From NCBI GenBank assembly GCA_965226585.1, contig OZ245366.1:320001-384000 (forward strand): 64,000 bases of DNA, given 5' to 3'. The notes under the pieces were generated by a model. The model was not told where the DNA came from. It made no database searches and saw only the letters and a program-made list of their open reading frames with translations. The first letter of the stretch is position 1, and the number at the start of each line of letters is the position of its first letter. The DNA comes from Thermodesulfobacteriota bacterium. Its GTDB lineage: Bacteria > Desulfobacterota_D > UBA1144 > Nemesobacterales > Mycalebacteriaceae. Made by a program: the position numbers and the translations under genes. This document shows, piece after piece, positions 59,950-64,000 of this stretch.

Positions 59950-60348
59950 TTGGCTGACGAACTTACTTTGAAAGTTATCACCCCGGCGGGGCTTGCCCTT
60001 GAAGAACAGGTTGAAACTGTTGTTCTCAAAGGCGAGATGGGCGAGTTCGGCGTTCTTGCCGGGCATGTTCCGATGGTTTCAACCCTCGTTGCCGGAACGA
60101 TGCGCTATGAAAGCGCGAAGGGTGAAGAAAAAACTTTCATCATCCACAGAGGCGTCTCCGAAGTCCGCGAAGACACGGTGACGGTTCTGACCAAAGCCCT
60201 TGAAAGCCCGGGCGATATGAGCGTTTCCGAAGCGGCAAAAGAGGCGGAAGAAATAGAGCAGAGCCTGGAAGACGGCTCTCTTTCCGATGAAGAACACAAA
60301 CGCCTGTCCGGAAGGCTTATGCTTGTCCGCGCCCGCGCGGGAATGTAG
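59950..60348 (+). CDS. atpC: F1 subunit epsilon
   Basis: L.LKVITP, GEFGVLAGHVP; TTG start after atpD. Confidence 0.93.
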   Translation: MADELTLKVITPAGLALEEQVETVVLKGEMGEFGVLAGHVPMVSTLVAGTMRYESAKGEEKTFIIHRGVSEVREDTVTVLTKALESPGDMSVSEAAKEAEEIEQSLEDGSLSDEEHKRLSGRLMLVRARAGM

Positions 60349-60377
60349 CCCCCCTTCGCCAAAACAAAACACATTAT

Positions 60378-60417
60378 AAAAAACCCGACCGGAATAGGAA
60401 TTTCCGGCCGGGGTTTT
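60378..60417. terminator. intrinsic terminator between convergent atpC and nrdJ (best U-tract on the minus strand)
   Basis: aaaaaacccgaccggaa-taggaat-ttccggccggggtttt hairpin with A/T tracts on both sides. Confidence 0.7.
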
Positions 60418-60459
60418 AAGGAGGAGTGGAGGAGGAAAATCTCCTGTTTTTCTACGCTA

Positions 60460-62940
60460 CTAACCGCACTTCGAGTAACCACAGCTTCTGCAGGTTACGC
60501 ACCCCGATTCAAAAGCCAGAGAAGGGCTGTCGCATTCCGGGCATTTCGAAAAGTGGAGGTCTTTTGACCTCGGTTTTTCCACGGCAACGTCTTCGCCTTT
60601 GTCAACGAAGTGTCTTTTAAGCACCGCCGCCACGGCGTCAGGGATTGACATGACAAGCTTGCCCTCGGAGAAAACGGGGGACGCGCCGCCGATTCCTTCA
60701 AGTTGCTCGACTATCTTTTTTGCGCCGATTCCGGCCCTGAGTCCGAGAGAGGCAAGCCTTCCGATTGCTTCGGCGTCAGCCATTGTTGTATAGCCGGACT
60801 TGCCTATCTGAACAAACACCTCGAAGGGTTTTCCTTCAACGGTGTTGACCGTAACGTAGAGGTTGCCGTGCCCCGTTCTGACAACCTCGGTAAAGCCGTT
60901 CAGCACCTGCGGTCGTTCTTTCTTTTCCGTAGGCGCGGATTTTGAGGGATGAGGAGATGAGGTGAGGTTGGGGTGAGTGGCTTGAGAAATCTCCCCATCC
61001 CTATTCTTTTCATTTTTTTCTTCTTGCTGTTGCTCGGTAATCAGAATGCCCTCTCTGGAGCCTTCTCTGTAAATGGTGACGCCCTTGCAGCCGTTCTTCC
61101 ATGACTGGAAGTAAATTTTCTCCACCTCTTCAGGAGAGATGTCGGCGGGAAGGTTCACGGTGCTGGATATGCATGAATCTATGTGTTTCTGTATCGCGGC
61201 CTGCATGCGGACTCTGAAGCCGGGTTTTATATCGTGAGAGGTTACAAACAACTCCGGCAGGTCATCTTCGTCTGAGAGGCCGAACTTGTCCATGTAGGTT
61301 CCGACAAGCGGGTGATAGACCTTGAACTGCTCTTTTGAGAGTGATTCCGACCTTCTGAAGTATGAGAGCGCGAACATGGGTTCAATGCCGCTTGATGTGC
61401 CGGCGAGAACCGAACCGCTTCCGACCGGAGGAACGGTCAGGATGCAGGCGTTTCTGAGGCCGTTTTTACGCACCCTTCCAAGAACTTCCCCGTCAAGGGT
61501 GTCAAGGAAGGGGCTGTTGAAATGCTTTTCCGGGTCGTACGCAGGAAACGTTCCTTTCTCTTCGGCAAGTTTGGAACTTGAGGAGTAAACCGTGTTCTTT
61601 ATGTGGTCGAAAAGTTCATCCGTAAACTCAATTGCTTCGTCCGAGTCATATTTTTTGCCCAGTTTGGCTATCATGTCTCCGAAGCCGGTGAATCCCACGC
61701 CTATGCGTCTTGAGATTTGAGATGCTTCGGTTTGAAAACCGAGAGGGTGTTTGTTCTCGTTGTAGTCCAGAATGTTGTCCAGAAAGCGCACTGAGTAGGA
61801 CAGCGAGCGGTCAAGATTTTCCCAGTCAACACAGGCGTCTTTTGTGAATTCATCTTTCACGAAAAGGCTGAGGTTTATGTTGCCCAGACAGCAGTTTCCG
61901 TAGTTCTCAAGAGCCTGCTCACTGCAGGGATTAACGCCTTCCACTTCCATCCCGCCGTATTCGGTTGGGGAGTAGCGTTTCACGGCGTCCCAGAAGATAA
62001 GACCGGGCTCTGCGGAAGACCACGCAGATTTGACAAGTCTCTGCCAAATGTCTCTCGCCTTAACGGTTTTTCTCATGCGCACTTTCTTGTTTTCGTATTC
62101 AAGGTCAAAGTCGCCGTCTGTTTCAACGGCTTTCATAAACTCGTCTGAAACCTTCACGGAAATGTTGGCAAACTTCACCTGCGACCTGTCCGAGTCGTTT
62201 TTGATGTCCAGAAAATCCATTATGTCGGGGTGGTTGACGTCTATCGTTATCATGAGAGCGCCCCTTCTTCCCGCCTGACCGATTGTTCCGGTTGTGGTGG
62301 AGAGGAGTTCCATAAACGAGACGGCGCCCGTTGAGTGAATCGCCGAGTTGTTCACCGGCGCGCCTTTCGGTCTCAGAACGGATATATCCGTGCCGACTCC
62401 GCCGCCGAAGGAGTAGGTTCTTGCCGCTTCCTTGCACCACTCAAAGATTCCCTCTATGGAGTCTTCTTTGATGGGCATGAAGTAGCAGTTCAGAAGTGTC
62501 GAACGCCTTGTCTGCCCGGCTCCGAAAAGTATTCTGCCCCCGGGAACAAAGCGGAAGTTTGACAGAAGCCAGTAGAACTTCTCTGTCCATTCCTCTCTCA
62601 GTTCTCCGGTTGATTCGGTGGAAGCCATCTCCGTTGCGACCCTCTTCCACATCTGTTCCGGAAGTGTCTCAACCGTCGAGCCGTCTTCATCTTTCAGGGC
62701 GTATTTCTCATAGAAGACCCGCGCGCGGAGTTCGTCTCCCTCAAATGCTTCAATTGTTTCGCGGGGGATGTCTTCCTCTCCGGGTTGTTCATCAGCTACC
62801 AGCCTTGGAACATCCGGCTTTTCTTCATCTGAAAAGACTGTATCGTTGGAGAGAGATTTCTTGGGCAGTTCAAATATATTTCCGTTCTCGCCGGATGTGC
62901 CTTTTGCGCCTTCTTCAGTCTCTGTTTTGTCGGATGACAT
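60460..62940 (-). CDS. nrdJ: adenosylcobalamin-dependent (class II) ribonucleotide reductase with C-terminal TSCPD/Zn-ribbon region
   Basis: F.PGGRIL, NCYF, GGGVG...S.LRP, RRGALM, NISV, NPCSEQ, CCLGNINL, ISSTVNLP, KGVTIYREGSR, C-terminal CPEC...C..CGYSKC; no N-terminal ATP cone visible. Confidence 0.93.
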   Translation of the reverse strand: MSSDKTETEEGAKGTSGENGNIFELPKKSLSNDTVFSDEEKPDVPRLVADEQPGEEDIPRETIEAFEGDELRARVFYEKYALKDEDGSTVETLPEQMWKRVATEMASTESTGELREEWTEKFYWLLSNFRFVPGGRILFGAGQTRRSTLLNCYFMPIKEDSIEGIFEWCKEAARTYSFGGGVGTDISVLRPKGAPVNNSAIHSTGAVSFMELLSTTTGTIGQAGRRGALMITIDVNHPDIMDFLDIKNDSDRSQVKFANISVKVSDEFMKAVETDGDFDLEYENKKVRMRKTVKARDIWQRLVKSAWSSAEPGLIFWDAVKRYSPTEYGGMEVEGVNPCSEQALENYGNCCLGNINLSLFVKDEFTKDACVDWENLDRSLSYSVRFLDNILDYNENKHPLGFQTEASQISRRIGVGFTGFGDMIAKLGKKYDSDEAIEFTDELFDHIKNTVYSSSSKLAEEKGTFPAYDPEKHFNSPFLDTLDGEVLGRVRKNGLRNACILTVPPVGSGSVLAGTSSGIEPMFALSYFRRSESLSKEQFKVYHPLVGTYMDKFGLSDEDDLPELFVTSHDIKPGFRVRMQAAIQKHIDSCISSTVNLPADISPEEVEKIYFQSWKNGCKGVTIYREGSREGILITEQQQEEKNEKNRDGEISQATHPNLTSSPHPSKSAPTEKKERPQVLNGFTEVVRTGHGNLYVTVNTVEGKPFEVFVQIGKSGYTTMADAEAIGRLASLGLRAGIGAKKIVEQLEGIGGASPVFSEGKLVMSIPDAVAAVLKRHFVDKGEDVAVEKPRSKDLHFSKCPECDSPSLAFESGCVTCRSCGYSKCG

Positions 62941-62974
62941 GTTTCTCTCCTTTTATTTGCTCAATTCCTAGTGA

Positions 62975-63022
62975 AGCCCATATCTCGTGCTACGAGGGCT
63001 ATTAGACTACCATATATTGTGG
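62975..63022. promoter_or_regulatory. tandem NrdR boxes upstream of nrdJ
   Basis: agcccatatctcgtgc (62975-62990) and ctaccatatattgtgg (63007-63022) resemble the acaCwAtATaTwGtg consensus and are 32 bp apart. Confidence 0.75.
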
Positions 63023-63114
63023 CAAGTCAAGACAGTTTCCGGTGTTGATATTTACAAATTTGGAAATATCCTTTATTTGAAGCGGGTAACAGCGGATAGT
63101 TGCAGGACAGTGTT

Positions 63115-63729
63115 ATGTTGGTAGATAGTCTGGCAGAGAAGATACACGCCTTTTGGTTCGGTGAAATCGGTGAAAACGGCCTTTGCGATGCCGAAAAGTC
63201 GTCTGCGTGGTTCGAAAAAGACGACTGTTTCGACCGCCTCATGGAGCGTGAATTCGGGAATTTTCTGTCTTCCGTCCACAGCGGCGCTCTTGACGGCATG
63301 GATCAGACACCTCGCGGGGCGCTTTCCCTTATAGTTCTAACCGACCAGTTTCCGCGAAACATACACCGCGGACGCCCGGAATCCTTCGCTTTTGATTCAT
63401 TTGCGCTTGCTGTCTGCAGAAAAGGGATTGGCAAGGGTTTTGACAGTTTGCTTGCGCCTCCGGAGAGAGTTTTCTTCTACCTTCCGCTTATGCACTCGGA
63501 GAGTTTTGCGATACAGAAAATATCAGTAAAAACCTTTACATCTCTGGCGGAGGATTTCAGGGAAATTCCTGAAGTTTTTAAAACACTTAATTACTCCGTG
63601 GATTTTGCGCGCCGCCATTTTGACATTATTGAGCAGTTCGGCAGATACCCGCACAGAAATAAAATACTCGGCAGAGAGTCCACACCTGAGGAAATAGAGT
63701 TTCTTAAACAGCCGGGGAGTTCGTTTTAG
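63115..63729 (+). CDS. DUF924 family protein
   Basis: FWFGE, WF.KD..FD, P.GAL.LIVL.DQFPRNI.R, FFYLPLMHSE, H..II..FGRYPHRN.ILGRESTPEE..FL. Confidence 0.92.
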   Translation: MLVDSLAEKIHAFWFGEIGENGLCDAEKSSAWFEKDDCFDRLMEREFGNFLSSVHSGALDGMDQTPRGALSLIVLTDQFPRNIHRGRPESFAFDSFALAVCRKGIGKGFDSLLAPPERVFFYLPLMHSESFAIQKISVKTFTSLAEDFREIPEVFKTLNYSVDFARRHFDIIEQFGRYPHRNKILGRESTPEEIEFLKQPGSSF

Positions 63730-63741
63730 TATGAACCTTGC

Positions 63742-63999
63742 TTATTTCTTTTCATACTGTTCAACAAAATACGCAGGTCTTTTTTTGCCTCTGTATGAAG
63801 GGTGAGGACCAACATAAACAGTTCTTTTATTTGTCGATACAAAACTCAATATCTCTTCTTTGCGGTTAAATTCAAGGCTTTGAAAAATAATTATGTCTGG
63901 GTTGAAAATGTTGACTTCTTTAATAAAAAACTCTTGTTCAATGTCTTTTTTGTAATGCTTTCTGTTTTTCCCTCCTGATTTGTAATTTCTGCCTACGTC
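63742..63999 (-). CDS. C-terminal part of an AT-rich uracil-DNA-glycosylase-superfamily-like protein (5'-truncated by window edge; absent from ORF track)
   Basis: Minus frame reads DVGRNYKSGGKNRKHYKKDIEQEFFIKEVNIFNPDIIIFQS...TVYVGPHPSYRG...EKK*; E...F.PDIII and HPS match the UDG-fold C-terminal motifs. Confidence 0.55.
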   Translation of the reverse strand, partial: DVGRNYKSGGKNRKHYKKDIEQEFFIKEVNIFNPDIIIFQSLEFNRKEEILSFVSTNKRTVYVGPHPSYRGKKRPAYFVEQYEKK

Positions 64000-64000
64000 A

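Overview
A gene-dense, moderately GC-rich bacterial chromosome segment made up mostly of housekeeping genes: lipA, the aroA-cmk-rpsA-sppA block, dnaB, glnD, nadBCA, lon, dnaE, comEC, ispDF, purB, gshA, the atpF'FHAGDC half-operon and a B12-dependent nrdJ with tandem NrdR boxes. Gene order (split atp operon, dispersed nuo genes) suggests a Deltaproteobacteria-like lineage, possibly Dadabacteria; this is low-confidence inference. Three visibly AT-rich accessory inserts stand out. (1) A single large sacsin/NOV-like GHKL ATPase + DUF3883 nuclease gene (40994-44077). (2) A ~2.9 kb integrase-free micro-island (48443-51367) with a Tsp45I-like type II restriction-modification pair plus a Panacea antitoxin and an orphan RelE-like ORF. 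It is flanked by an 8-bp direct repeat whose collapse exactly restores the gshA stop codon next to the ClC stop codon. (3) The 3' end of a UDG-superfamily gene at the right edge. Other oddities: an AccA-AccD (alpha-then-beta) fusion with an expanded zinc finger, two paralogous CaiC-like CoA ligases (one frameshifted, one missed by the ORF track) near an orphan AmiS/UreI channel, and several apparently leaderless promoters. No tRNA, rRNA, CRISPR array, transposase or integrase was seen. All family assignments come from motif recognition by eye, not from database searches.
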